DNA of 64,000 nucleotides, taken from the IMG/VR virus record IMGVR_UViG_3300032675_000001, positions 1 through 64,000 of that record; one strand, given 5' to 3'. Every line of letters starts with the position of its first letter. The stretch's first letter is position 1. Below, piece by piece: positions 29,564 to 38,358 of the stretch. Below the pieces are notes generated by a model. That model saw only the letters and a list, made by a program, of their open reading frames with translations. It was not told the DNA's origin and made no database searches. A program made the translations under genes and the position numbers.

Positions 29564-30813
29564 TTTTTACCTTGAGCTTGAGCTTGAGCCATATATTTTG
29601 CGAATAACTCTGGATTGTTCTTTTTTATTGCATCAAGTTGAGCAAATGTTTCTTTATCCGCAGATGCGTTTGGTGTGGATTGATATCCACCGGCACCAAA
29701 GTTATTGATACCAGATAAGCCTGTCTGGCTTGATCCGCCACTTTGCTTTGAAGATTTAGAAGTTGCTGGACCAGAAATAGCATATGCTGCCTTGGCAAGC
29801 TGCTTTATAGCCGCTTTACCTTTGTCTCTTCCCCAAGAATATTCTATGTTTTGGAGCAATGGAATGACTCTCTGTTTATATTTTTCCCAGTTAGTACCTT
29901 GCATATAACCCTCAAACCAGTCAAGCATATATTGTCCTATAGACATCATTTCTGCTCCATCTTCTTCTCCGGCTTCCATGATGCTTTCAAAGATTGCATT
30001 AAGACGGCGATATTCACTTTCTGATAGCCCTGCTGCCTTCATTGCAAGCTTGTCTGCTGCTGTTCTTTGAAAGCCTGGCTTTGCCGCTGCTGCTTTTCCT
30101 GCTGCCTGAACATTCTGTGCGTTAGCAATGCCCTGTCTATGTTGCTGTGCTGCTGCTACAGTCTGTTGTGCAGATGTTGGTGCTGCCTGTTTTGGAGCCT
30201 GTGCCGGGGCCGCTGGTTGTGCTGCTGGTTGTGCTGCTGGTTGTGCTGCTGGTTGTGCTGCTGGTTGTGCTGCTGGTTTTGCTTGATATCCCAATCCACC
30301 AGAAGTGATTCCCCCAGTTGCAGGGGCTGCTGTAGCTGGCTTAACCGTAGTAGTAACATTGTTAGACTTAAGGGCAGGTGCAGTTAATGGATTAGCCTGC
30401 GGCGCTGGTGGTGTCGCTTTTCTGACATTTGCTGATGTCGGGCTTCCATAGAAGTTTGCTGGCTTCTCATCAGTCGGCTCTGCTTGTGTGGGATTTTCTT
30501 CTGGTTCACCCGATGATGAATTTCCTTCTCCGCCACCTTGTGGCTGCTTGGAATGTGGCGTACCTATTTCAGCATGATAGTCCGGATTAACTATACCACT
30601 TTTCACCGCATTTCTTAAAGAGTTGGATGCATCGTTAATAAAGTCTTTGAAAAACAAATCTTGGGTAAGCTGTTCTTTAGTGCCTTTCCCAGTAAGTGCC
30701 CCTTTAATAGCTGACACTGCATGATCACCAACAAGTGCTCTTGCTGCACCGCCAATAGCATCACCTAGACCTTCGTCTAGTTGTTCTGTTTTCTTGAACT
30801 CATTGATCTTCAT
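29560..30813 (-). CDS. Probable internal head protein with A/P/Q linker
   Basis: MKINEF start, LDEG site, QPAA repeats. Confidence 0.55.
   Translation of the reverse strand: MKINEFKKTEQLDEGLGDAIGGAARALVGDHAVSAIKGALTGKGTKEQLTQDLFFKDFINDASNSLRNAVKSGIVNPDYHAEIGTPHSKQPQGGGEGNSSSGEPEENPTQAEPTDEKPANFYGSPTSANVRKATPPAPQANPLTAPALKSNNVTTTVKPATAAPATGGITSGGLGYQAKPAAQPAAQPAAQPAAQPAAQPAAPAQAPKQAAPTSAQQTVAAAQQHRQGIANAQNVQAAGKAAAAKPGFQRTAADKLAMKAAGLSESEYRRLNAIFESIMEAGEEDGAEMMSIGQYMLDWFEGYMQGTNWEKYKQRVIPLLQNIEYSWGRDKGKAAIKQLAKAAYAISGPATSKSSKQSGGSSQTGLSGINNFGAGGYQSTPNASADKETFAQLDAIKKNNPELFAKYMAQAQAQGKK
30212..30278. repeat. 12-nt tandem repeat GCTGGTTGTGCT, 5 copies plus partial (encodes AQPA)
   Basis: Perfect in-frame copies. 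Confidence 0.9.
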
Positions 30814-31048
30814 TTTTCTTCCTTATAGACTTTGAGAATCTTGATTGGTCCCTACCCTTGATTGCACTAAGCAGCTTTTTTTCAAGTAACTCTGCCTTTT
30901 CAGGAGAATAGTTTTTCTGCATCAACTCAATGAGATTTATTGCACTAGTTATGATGTTAGAAGCACGTGACTCAATGATATTGTTAATATCACGAGAATC
31001 GCCATACGATTGTAGTTCTTCCAATAGGCTTTTAGTTTTCTTTTGCAT
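30800..31048 (-). CDS. Hypothetical protein
   Basis: 82 aa, late promoter CTAAATA. Confidence 0.6.
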   Translation of the reverse strand: MQKKTKSLLEELQSYGDSRDINNIIESRASNIITSAINLIELMQKNYSPEKAELLEKKLLSAIKGRDQSRFSKSIRKKNEDQ

Positions 31049-31091
31049 TAGTGTAGGGGTCCTATAAGAGTATTTAGTCTAAAGGTATATT

Positions 31092-32498
31092 TTATTTCTT
31101 AAGTGAGTTAAGCATTGCTTTGAGTTTCGCACCCTGTGTGTCGCCATGGACACGTTTTGACGGGTCTTCTAAAGTCTCTTGGACCAAATCATTAGTGGAA
31201 AACACTTTACTGGATTGTTTTATCTGACTCATAATCTGATTTGCACTTTGCTGTGGTTTATCACCAGAATCTGGGTCTTCGTCTGTAATACGCATCGTTT
31301 CAATGTTGTATTCTAAGTCAATCTTCTGACCAACACCAGTAGAACTACGAGATTTCATGCATTGAATCTGATACTTACCACGTTCACGCATACTTCTACT
31401 CGTGAAGATACCAAACACATAGTCGGCAGTATTGATCTTTGAAATACCACCTGCGATGTGACTATGATCAAACTCAATCTCTTCAACTGCACTACGATTT
31501 AACTGTGATGCAGTTACCATCAGAATACCCAACTCTTTCGCGAGATTGCGTAGTTCTTCCGATACATACTTGTCTTTGATAAACTGGTCATTGGGATTAA
31601 CCTTTACCGACACTGGCATAACCAAGTCAAGATAGTCAATCATCACAAAGTCAACTTTAATGCCTGTCTGAATCTGAACTTCTTTCAGGTATGCGCGGAT
31701 ATCATTGACATTGCTCTGTGCTGGTAGACCCTTGACGCGATACTGACCAGACTTCTTTGCCACCATCTTAACCTTGAGTTCCGCAGTATCCATGTCTCTG
31801 CGAATCTCTTTGGTGCTCATGCTTGTGAGCATTGCGTCGGTGCGAAGTGAAGTGAGTTCTTCTGAAAGTTCAAGGGTGATATACACGCCACTCAATCCAG
31901 CCTGTAGCCAGTTAAGTGCAATGTTCATCATAACGAGTGACTTACCCGAACCGGAACCACCCGCAAAGATATTCAACTCACCACGAGACATACCACCATA
32001 CATAACGCGGTCAAGCTGCGGCCAGCCCGTACTTACCTGACCACCAGCATTGAAGTATTTGTTGAGACGTTCTTTCGGATCGGCAAAGTAGTCTGTTCCC
32101 ATATCTCTCTGTAGAGAGATTTGAACAGCATCTTTCACCAACTTTTCTACTGGATTAAAGTCTCCCTTCTCCAATAAATCTGCCGCTTTAAGGATTGCGC
32201 GTTCAAGTTCTTTGCGTTTGGTGAATGATTCAAACTCTTCCAGAAACCAATCATAATGGCCGGAATCAAGACCTTCAATAGTTTCAATCTCAACTCCAGT
32301 TGTAGCTTTGATCTGAATAGGATCAGGCATAACACTATACTTGTTAGTGTGTTCCGCCAAAAAAGTAGCAACTGGCCTTAACGTGCGATCAAAGTTTTCT
32401 GCGTTCATGATGTTCATAACACGGGTATAAAGTTCCGCATTGGTGACCATCATTCTAAGAAACAAGGTTTGTATTTCTAAGTTATGCTCTGTTATCAA
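31092..32498 (-). CDS. Replicative DnaB-family helicase (gp41-like)
   Basis: GGSGSGKS Walker A, ITLELSE, IDYLDL, TASQLNR, MKSR; real start is probably TTG at 32498 rather than 32597. Confidence 0.92.
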   Translation of the reverse strand: MITEHNLEIQTLFLRMMVTNAELYTRVMNIMNAENFDRTLRPVATFLAEHTNKYSVMPDPIQIKATTGVEIETIEGLDSGHYDWFLEEFESFTKRKELERAILKAADLLEKGDFNPVEKLVKDAVQISLQRDMGTDYFADPKERLNKYFNAGGQVSTGWPQLDRVMYGGMSRGELNIFAGGSGSGKSLVMMNIALNWLQAGLSGVYITLELSEELTSLRTDAMLTSMSTKEIRRDMDTAELKVKMVAKKSGQYRVKGLPAQSNVNDIRAYLKEVQIQTGIKVDFVMIDYLDLVMPVSVKVNPNDQFIKDKYVSEELRNLAKELGILMVTASQLNRSAVEEIEFDHSHIAGGISKINTADYVFGIFTSRSMRERGKYQIQCMKSRSSTGVGQKIDLEYNIETMRITDEDPDSGDKPQQSANQIMSQIKQSSKVFSTNDLVQETLEDPSKRVHGDTQGAKLKAMLNSLKK

Positions 32499-32562
32499 GT
32501 TTTCTTCTCGCCATCTGAATCTTAATCTTACACTATGTTTGTAGTAAATGCAATAGTATTGG
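32482..32562 (-). pseudogene. Decayed duplicate of the primase 3' end
   Basis: Translates PILLHLLQT*CKIKIQMARRKLDNRA*, versus primase PTLLSILQNATTSKIKIELAKKRILRH. Confidence 0.75.
32525..32553 (-). promoter_or_regulatory. Candidate sigma70 promoter for the helicase, inside the primase remnant
   Basis: TTGCAT-N17-TAAGAT. Confidence 0.55.
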
Positions 32563-32646
32563 GATAAATAAAAGCGTAGTTCACGGTGGTGGAACACCTA
32601 ACTACTCTAATGTCATAGAAGGAAACATCAGCAATGACTATTTATT
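32563..32646 (+). ncRNA. Conserved structured endonuclease leader, copy 1
   Basis: GATAAATA..GTAGTT CAC GGTG gtggaa CACC T AACTAC TCTAA TGTC atagaagg AAACA TCAGCA ATG ACTATTTAT. Confidence 0.8.
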
Positions 32647-33284
32647 CACCTACTGGTCACCGAAAGATATATGAACATCATTTCGGTTCCATCCCCAAAG
32701 ATACAACCGGGCGCTCGTATGAGATACATCACATAGATGGTGATCATTCAAATAATGACCCAACTAACCTAAAATGTGTTACCATTCAAGAACATTATGA
32801 TATCCATTATTCGCAAGGTGATTGGGCCGCATGTCTGTTGATTGCGAACCGAATGAAAGTAACAACGAAGGAAAAATCCGAGTTGAGCACTCAGGCAAAT
32901 ACTAAACGAGTAGCAGACGGTTCACATAACTTCTTAGGAAAAAATAACCCATCACACGATAGAGTAGCAAAAGGTATACATAACTTTCAAGGTGAATCTA
33001 ATCCTGCCAAGCAAAAAGTTAAATCCGGCACATATCACATGCAAGAAAAAAATAATCCATCGAAACTTCGCGTAGATGATGGTACACACAACTTCTTAGG
33101 TGAAAGCAACCCATCACATAAAAGAGTGGCAAACGGCACGCACAACTGGCAACAACCAGTTAATGAAAATCATCCAACTCAGTTTAAATGGAAGTGTCCA
33201 CATTGTGATAAAGAGGGCAAAGGCAAAAGTATGTTTAAACGGTGGCATGGTAACAAATGCGGTTCACTGCTCCAAATGTCGTAA
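32634..33284 (+). CDS. Free-standing HNH homing endonuclease with GxHNF repeats and C-terminal zinc finger
   Basis: YEIHHIDGDHSNNDPTNL...EHYDIH; five 18-aa repeats; CPHC...RWHGNKC. Confidence 0.9.
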   Translation: MTIYSPTGHRKIYEHHFGSIPKDTTGRSYEIHHIDGDHSNNDPTNLKCVTIQEHYDIHYSQGDWAACLLIANRMKVTTKEKSELSTQANTKRVADGSHNFLGKNNPSHDRVAKGIHNFQGESNPAKQKVKSGTYHMQEKNNPSKLRVDDGTHNFLGESNPSHKRVANGTHNWQQPVNENHPTQFKWKCPHCDKEGKGKSMFKRWHGNKCGSLLQMS

Positions 33285-34250
33285 TATTCGTTTTTTAGCG
33301 AGTTCTATTTTAATCTTACTGGTAGTTGCGTTTTGTAAGATTGACAAAAGCGTCGGTAGCTTACCATAGGTGCGACTCGCATCATTTACGTCTTTAACAT
33401 CAGTGTCCCAGTTTGGAATACTGACCTGAAAACCCAACTCAAGTGCTTGGTCACAGATAGTCAGTCCCGTTTTATCCTGATCGGGGACTACGATGATAGT
33501 TCTGTTTAGATTTCGCAGAATATCAATCTGTGTTTCATGTATGGTGTTAGAAGTTAATGCACACCCACCAATACTTAAAGCATCAAATATACCTTCTACT
33601 ACAATACAGCAATGTGAATCTGGCTTTTGGAGGTCATATCCAAACAAATATCCCACCTGCTGATCTTTGATATATTTCGGGGTGCGATCATCAAGATAAC
33701 GGCTTACATGACCAACAATCTTGTTTTTAAAAGTATATGGAATGATGATGCGATTGGAATTGCGACCCTCATCATTTGGCGTAACCATATATGGATAATC
33801 TTTGTAGTTCATCCCACGCTTTGTTAGATAATCAATGAACACTTGATGGGCAGGATTGTTTTCGTCAATCAGTTCTGCATTAGGAAGCAAAACTTCCTTA
33901 AACTTGATTGCCTTTTTCTTCTTGACAACTTTAGCAAGATCAAGTAAGTCTCGGTGTTTTAAACTTTCCAAGTTCCATTTAGTGACTTGAGAATCGTCAA
34001 TACCCAACCAACGCATCATTAGCTTGGTATTACCACTGAGTTGCTTCCCTAACGTGAAACCACATTTAAATCCACAGTTGAAGCAATGATATGACCAGTT
34101 AACACCTTCACTGAGTTTGACTCCACCTCTCATACGTTTGTCGGGCTTATGGCCACGATGATGGCAACAGAACGCATTAACGCTTATCCAGCCACTAACC
34201 GTGTGTTTTTTCTTTCCCGGTATTAGAGATAGGACATCAAACATAAACAC
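33264..34250 (-). CDS. DNA primase (gp61-like)
   Basis: N-terminal zinc motif (HCFNCG), RIIIPY, VVEGIFDAL TOPRIM, PDQD, KDVND. Confidence 0.9.
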   Translation of the reverse strand: MFMFDVLSLIPGKKKHTVSGWISVNAFCCHHRGHKPDKRMRGGVKLSEGVNWSYHCFNCGFKCGFTLGKQLSGNTKLMMRWLGIDDSQVTKWNLESLKHRDLLDLAKVVKKKKAIKFKEVLLPNAELIDENNPAHQVFIDYLTKRGMNYKDYPYMVTPNDEGRNSNRIIIPYTFKNKIVGHVSRYLDDRTPKYIKDQQVGYLFGYDLQKPDSHCCIVVEGIFDALSIGGCALTSNTIHETQIDILRNLNRTIIVVPDQDKTGLTICDQALELGFQVSIPNWDTDVKDVNDASRTYGKLPTLLSILQNATTSKIKIELAKKRILRHLEQ

Positions 34251-34291
34251 ATTGTAACATACTTGACGTAAAAATCAAGTGTTATGGTAAC

Positions 34292-35080
34292 TTATCGTGA
34301 TAGAACGTTTGTGACGGCACCAGCATTACTGGTGAACATTACGCGGACATAAGGATGGTATCCTTTAATCACATATCCAAAAGTATCAGTTACATTTGAA
34401 TATACTGTGTTTGTGATTGGATACCAGTCAGCATCTACTTGACATGAACCTTGAATAGTTACGTTTCCAACATATTCATACAATGAGGTTTGAATAGTGA
34501 GGACTGGATTTTCATTTGTATTGATAACGCTAGTATAATAAATGTTGGCATTTGCGTTGCTGATTGGTTGACCATTTGAATATGTCTGATTTGTATTTGG
34601 GAATGGTTGACCGGTAGGAATGGTGACAACATTTGATGGAACAAAGTATGGGTAAACAGAGTTAACGATATTCATATCCCCACGTGCTCCAGCATTCTGG
34701 TCAACGAACACAGGATAGTTTAAGTCCCCTGATGGGAAAATGAGAGAATAGTATGCCTTCTGTGCATCAATGTCTACGAGGTCTGCTGACGTAAGATCAA
34801 GTGTTGCAATACCGTTTGCAGGAAGTTGTAGATTAAGAGTGGAGGATAATAAAATCTGACTCCCATCATAGCTAATGATGTTACATGTGATTGCCAAACC
34901 AGTGATGTCAACAGGCTTCTGTTCTTGATTCAGAAACTGGAACTGAATCTGGTTGTCAACTCCTTTGTTTAATGTTAGTGGTTTTGCATACTGTGGCATA
35001 TAGACCCTCGGTGAAAATCCTGTTTGTATGATAACATATTGCCTCTGAGTATATACAAAGACTGAAGTTGCATAAGACAT
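34292..35080 (-). CDS. Structural protein (baseplate-upper/BppU-like)
   Basis: KGVDNQIQFQFLNQEQKPVDITG; late promoter. Confidence 0.55.
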   Translation of the reverse strand: MSYATSVFVYTQRQYVIIQTGFSPRVYMPQYAKPLTLNKGVDNQIQFQFLNQEQKPVDITGLAITCNIISYDGSQILLSSTLNLQLPANGIATLDLTSADLVDIDAQKAYYSLIFPSGDLNYPVFVDQNAGARGDMNIVNSVYPYFVPSNVVTIPTGQPFPNTNQTYSNGQPISNANANIYYTSVINTNENPVLTIQTSLYEYVGNVTIQGSCQVDADWYPITNTVYSNVTDTFGYVIKGYHPYVRVMFTSNAGAVTNVLSR

Positions 35081-35169
35081 ATTATACTGTTACCCTTTTC
35101 ATCCAGTATTTAGTCTTTGAAATATGAAAATATTAAGTTTTGGATCACCAAACTAAATATACAAAGTAT

Positions 35170-35550
35170 ATGGATAGCAACGACTTTTTCAGTAAATTGA
35201 GCGAAAATCACCCGTTTATAACGGTCTGTTCTTACGCGGGACAAGACTATGTGGGGATTATTCAAAACAGAGATGATATGGTAACGACCATATACGACTA
35301 TGGATCAATTGTAGAACCAGAGTTGAAGTCAAGATTTTTGGAGTTGGGTGATATATGGTGGTGGGAATCAAATAGAACGATTCCCATCAATCTTTTTTTG
35401 AAGCAAGATTGGAACATCTTCAAACCATATATCAAGACGTTCAATAATAAAAGTTTAGTTATACTTCATGGACCAGTGGTGAGCATTAATGATTTCTTGA
35501 AAAAGAGAACCAAAAGACGCTCAATCACCATGGTCAAACGCCTGCCCTAG
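35170..35550 (+). CDS. Hypothetical protein
   Basis: Start MDSNDF after CTAAATA; FLELGDIWWWESNR.IPINLFL. Confidence 0.65.
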   Translation: MDSNDFFSKLSENHPFITVCSYAGQDYVGIIQNRDDMVTTIYDYGSIVEPELKSRFLELGDIWWWESNRTIPINLFLKQDWNIFKPYIKTFNNKSLVILHGPVVSINDFLKKRTKRRSITMVKRLP

Positions 35551-36037
35551 CTTTCTTCTTTTGATCTTTTGTTCTGCGTTCTTTGGCCAACTTAAAAGTT
35601 AAATCGCCAACACGCTGATCAAAGGTGATTCCGATCAAATGGTCATATTCATGTAAGAATACACGGGCTTCCATTCCAGTTATTTCTCTTTCAATGCCTT
35701 CGCCTGCTATATTTTGATACTGCACAATGCATGATACAGGACGCTTTACTTTCATGAATAAGTCAGGGAATGACAGACAACCTTCCATTCCAGACACACG
35801 ATCTTCTGACAGAGAAACAACCTTAGGATTGATGCAAGCAACCATCTTAGTAAAGTTGCCCATGATAAAGATGCGCTTGCTGATTCCGACTTGCGGTGCA
35901 GCGAGACCAACTCCACCATTGTTGATCATGAACTTCATCATTTCCTTGATGAGTTCTTCCGGTGAACCGTCAACCTCAAAGTCCCATTCTGCTGAGACTT
36001 CTGATAGTTCGGGGCTGTTTTCTTTAAGTAGTTCCAT
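35534..36037 (-). CDS. def: Peptide deformylase
   Basis: GVGLAAPQVG, EGCLS, HEYDHL. Confidence 0.95.
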   Translation of the reverse strand: MELLKENSPELSEVSAEWDFEVDGSPEELIKEMMKFMINNGGVGLAAPQVGISKRIFIMGNFTKMVACINPKVVSLSEDRVSGMEGCLSFPDLFMKVKRPVSCIVQYQNIAGEGIEREITGMEARVFLHEYDHLIGITFDQRVGDLTFKLAKERRTKDQKKKARAGV

Positions 36038-36050
36038 TGTTAATCCTTAG

Positions 36051-36242
36051 TCATTTTGCAAGCGTATGCCATAGTATATCACCTTCATTTACCCAAACGA
36101 GAATGGCATCACCTTGACGGTAAAGGTCTTCACTCAGTCCCTCACGCATTTCATCAAACGTGGTTTTTCCACCGTTAGGTATTTTTGCATGTTCCCATCT
36201 TACGGGAGGAAGCTGAAAATCAGGTGGATACTGAGAACTCAT
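36051..36242 (-). CDS. Hypothetical protein
   Basis: 63 aa, ATGA-coupled. Confidence 0.45.
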   Translation of the reverse strand: MSSQYPPDFQLPPVRWEHAKIPNGGKTTFDEMREGLSEDLYRQGDAILVWVNEGDILWHTLAK

Positions 36243-36514
36243 CGTGTCAAAACTTCCATCATCTTTTTCTTGGATTCCTGATCCAATCTAGTATGATGTT
36301 CGTAACGAGAGACGATGCCCATCCCAAGAAAAAACAAACAACAAATGATTGGGAAAACTATAAATCCAAATTTGCTTGAAAGGTATATAAGCAGACCACC
36401 AAATGTGATCCCTGCCAAAGCGGCTCCAACTCCAATTGCAGCATACCCGGCAACATCTTTAATAGCCTTGCCAAGAATATACCATTTAATCACTGGTGTG
36501 TTCCTTTTCCACAT
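36239..36514 (-). CDS. Small membrane protein
   Basis: Two hydrophobic segments. Confidence 0.55.
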   Translation of the reverse strand: MWKRNTPVIKWYILGKAIKDVAGYAAIGVGAALAGITFGGLLIYLSSKFGFIVFPIICCLFFLGMGIVSRYEHHTRLDQESKKKMMEVLTR

Positions 36515-36649
36515 TGTGTTTCAACCATTCTCTGCAAATCATGATAAACTCATCGCGTTGCCAAGCAATCTTTTCGTGACTCAGTTCAACATAATCATTT
36601 GCAATGAAACGAATCAACTGTTCAGCGGTCAGTTGTCTAGTATATTTGC

Positions 36650-36982
36650 TCATTCGTCACGTTCCTTCAACTTCTTCTTTAAAGCTTCGTTTTCTCGCTT
36701 GATCTTGGAAATCTTGTATTGAGACCAGCTAAGTTCATCATACTTTTTCATGATAGCTGAAATCTCGTCTACATTGATTTCGCGCAATTCGTCACCATCT
36801 GGAGTGATGAATAAGGTGTTGGCATCCCAATCAAACCCAAGATAAATGTTCTTGACCGGAACGGTGCTGCGAGGACCTATTTGACCAACACGGAATACAG
36901 GAATAGCCACCTGTACTTCTTCTGGATATCGGTGCCTAGACACGATATTATCAATCACTGTTTTGAGTTCAACTAGGTTCAC
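36650..36982 (-). CDS. Hypothetical protein
   Basis: 110 aa; GFDWD motif. Confidence 0.55.
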   Translation of the reverse strand: MNLVELKTVIDNIVSRHRYPEEVQVAIPVFRVGQIGPRSTVPVKNIYLGFDWDANTLFITPDGDELREINVDEISAIMKKYDELSWSQYKISKIKRENEALKKKLKERDE

Positions 36983-36987
36983 TTGTT

Positions 36988-37563
36988 CTAATATCCCTGT
37001 TCAGACAATATATTGGCGTGTATAACAACTAATTGTGCATAAGATATCGCATGACTACGTTTATATGCGTATCCAGTATCGTCTTTGTCCCAAACTGTTT
37101 TACTAACCTCTTTCCAAGTCTTGCCCAATAGATGTCGCTTTGCGGGGCGAATCGCTGCAAGAAACATGGCAAGACGAGGAATAGAGTCAATCGGCTCAGG
37201 CATCCTCTGAATGAAGTCGTAACTGTTGTTTAGGTGAATCAACTGTTCCACGAAAGAACGATCTTTCAGTTTAGTCCAGTCTGGATCACGCATCAACTCA
37301 ACAAGATGCTCTTCACTCTTCACATAGTTATACACATGAACGTTAAGTAAGTCAAGCTTAAAGTAGCCGCGTTTCTCAGCTTCCTTGTAATCAAGTGCAG
37401 CCATGTCATACACAGGATCATAGGGAATCTCGGTAATGTGGACTCCAGTATTATGATTACGAATCGGATTTACCTTTCGCATTGACGCAGGAATATGGTT
37501 GATCAGTGCTAGAATTTGGTCACGATCACCCAAATCAATGTCTACGTCAGAATCAATAATCAT
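36988..37563 (-). CDS. Minimal DnaE/Pol III alpha-like (family C) polymerase core fragment
   Basis: SDVDID, HNTGV, GYFKLDLL, AAIRP, YAYKRSHAISYA. Confidence 0.85.
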   Translation of the reverse strand: MIIDSDVDIDLGDRDQILALINHIPASMRKVNPIRNHNTGVHITEIPYDPVYDMAALDYKEAEKRGYFKLDLLNVHVYNYVKSEEHLVELMRDPDWTKLKDRSFVEQLIHLNNSYDFIQRMPEPIDSIPRLAMFLAAIRPAKRHLLGKTWKEVSKTVWDKDDTGYAYKRSHAISYAQLVVIHANILSEQGY

Positions 37564-37564
37564 A

Positions 37565-37852
37565 TTATTCCCATTTCAATAGAAAGTAAGTATACAACTT
37601 TTCGTCTACTACTTCAAACTTATCGGTGATTCTTCCATCAATCATATTCATTTTGATGCCATAGTTCTTTTCTACGTATTCTTCAAACTCGTAAGCATCA
37701 AACTGACCTTGAAGCTGGTCCAAAGTTGCCATATACTCAACCCGAATCTTCTTTAATGTTCCCCAGTAGTCCCAACGCTTCTTTCGAAACTCAATGTCGG
37801 GATCATCCGGGTCATAGTCTTCAAGGCCGTTACCTAGTGGAACTTTAACCAT
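37565..37852 (-). CDS. Small protein, F-x-L-x-W C-terminal family
   Basis: Ends YTYFLLKWE. Confidence 0.6.
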   Translation of the reverse strand: MVKVPLGNGLEDYDPDDPDIEFRKKRWDYWGTLKKIRVEYMATLDQLQGQFDAYEFEEYVEKNYGIKMNMIDGRITDKFEVVDEKLYTYFLLKWE

Positions 37853-38148
37853 TATTCACACAACTTCCAATGAGTGTATGTCTGTTCTTTCATGACAATA
37901 TATCCTGCAACTTTGTACCATGGACCCTGATGTTTCGGTGGACCATATTGTTCCCCGCACCATTTTTCCAGATTAGGTGTAGAATAGATACGATAAAACA
38001 ACACATCTTCCCATTCGTTTATAGTATAGTTCCATACCTTTTTATTGGAAGGCGCAAATGGTGATAAGTTGCGGTCGCCATGATGAACGATATAGCTTTG
38101 ATCTTCGTTGACGAATGGGACTCTTATCCCCATGTTAGATTGAACCAT
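37852..38148 (-). CDS. Small protein of the same cluster
   Basis: WCGEQYG...YTHWKLCE. Confidence 0.55.
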   Translation of the reverse strand: MVQSNMGIRVPFVNEDQSYIVHHGDRNLSPFAPSNKKVWNYTINEWEDVLFYRIYSTPNLEKWCGEQYGPPKHQGPWYKVAGYIVMKEQTYTHWKLCE

Positions 38149-38357
38149 ACGTAATCTTTCTGATATCTAAACTTGACATCCATCGTGTCACCCTGATATA
38201 TCCAGCGACAGTGACGTTCATGCATATCAATGTGTTCTTTGAGCCAACGTAGAACATCGGCATATTTCTTGATAGTACCATTAATATTCACTGATACTTC
38301 ATACCATCCCGGGTTGGTGTTTTCCCACCCACGTTCTCGGTCATAATGATCTAACAT
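38124..38357 (-). CDS. Small protein, F-x-L-x-W C-terminal family
   Basis: Ends FRYQKDYVWFNLTWG. Confidence 0.6.
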   Translation of the reverse strand: MLDHYDRERGWENTNPGWYEVSVNINGTIKKYADVLRWLKEHIDMHERHCRWIYQGDTMDVKFRYQKDYVWFNLTWG

Positions 38358-38358
38358 A

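Noticed and set aside
30212-30278. Perfect 12-nt tandem repeat as a possible CRISPR or contingency locus
   Set aside because: No spacers; the unit is a multiple of 3 and encodes an AQPA linker. The antisense CCWL and QQHN ORFs are its shadows.
32499-32597. N-terminal extension of the helicase in the ORF track
   Set aside because: It runs through the antisense of the endonuclease leader and the primase remnant; TTG at 32498 fits better.
32563-32646. Conserved leader as a guide RNA (OMEGA/CRISPR-like) or self-cleaving ribozyme
   Set aside because: The variable loop is only 4-8 nt, the proteins have no RuvC domain, and I see no hammerhead, HDV or twister core. Overlap with the SD and AUG favours cis regulation, though this is not formally excluded.
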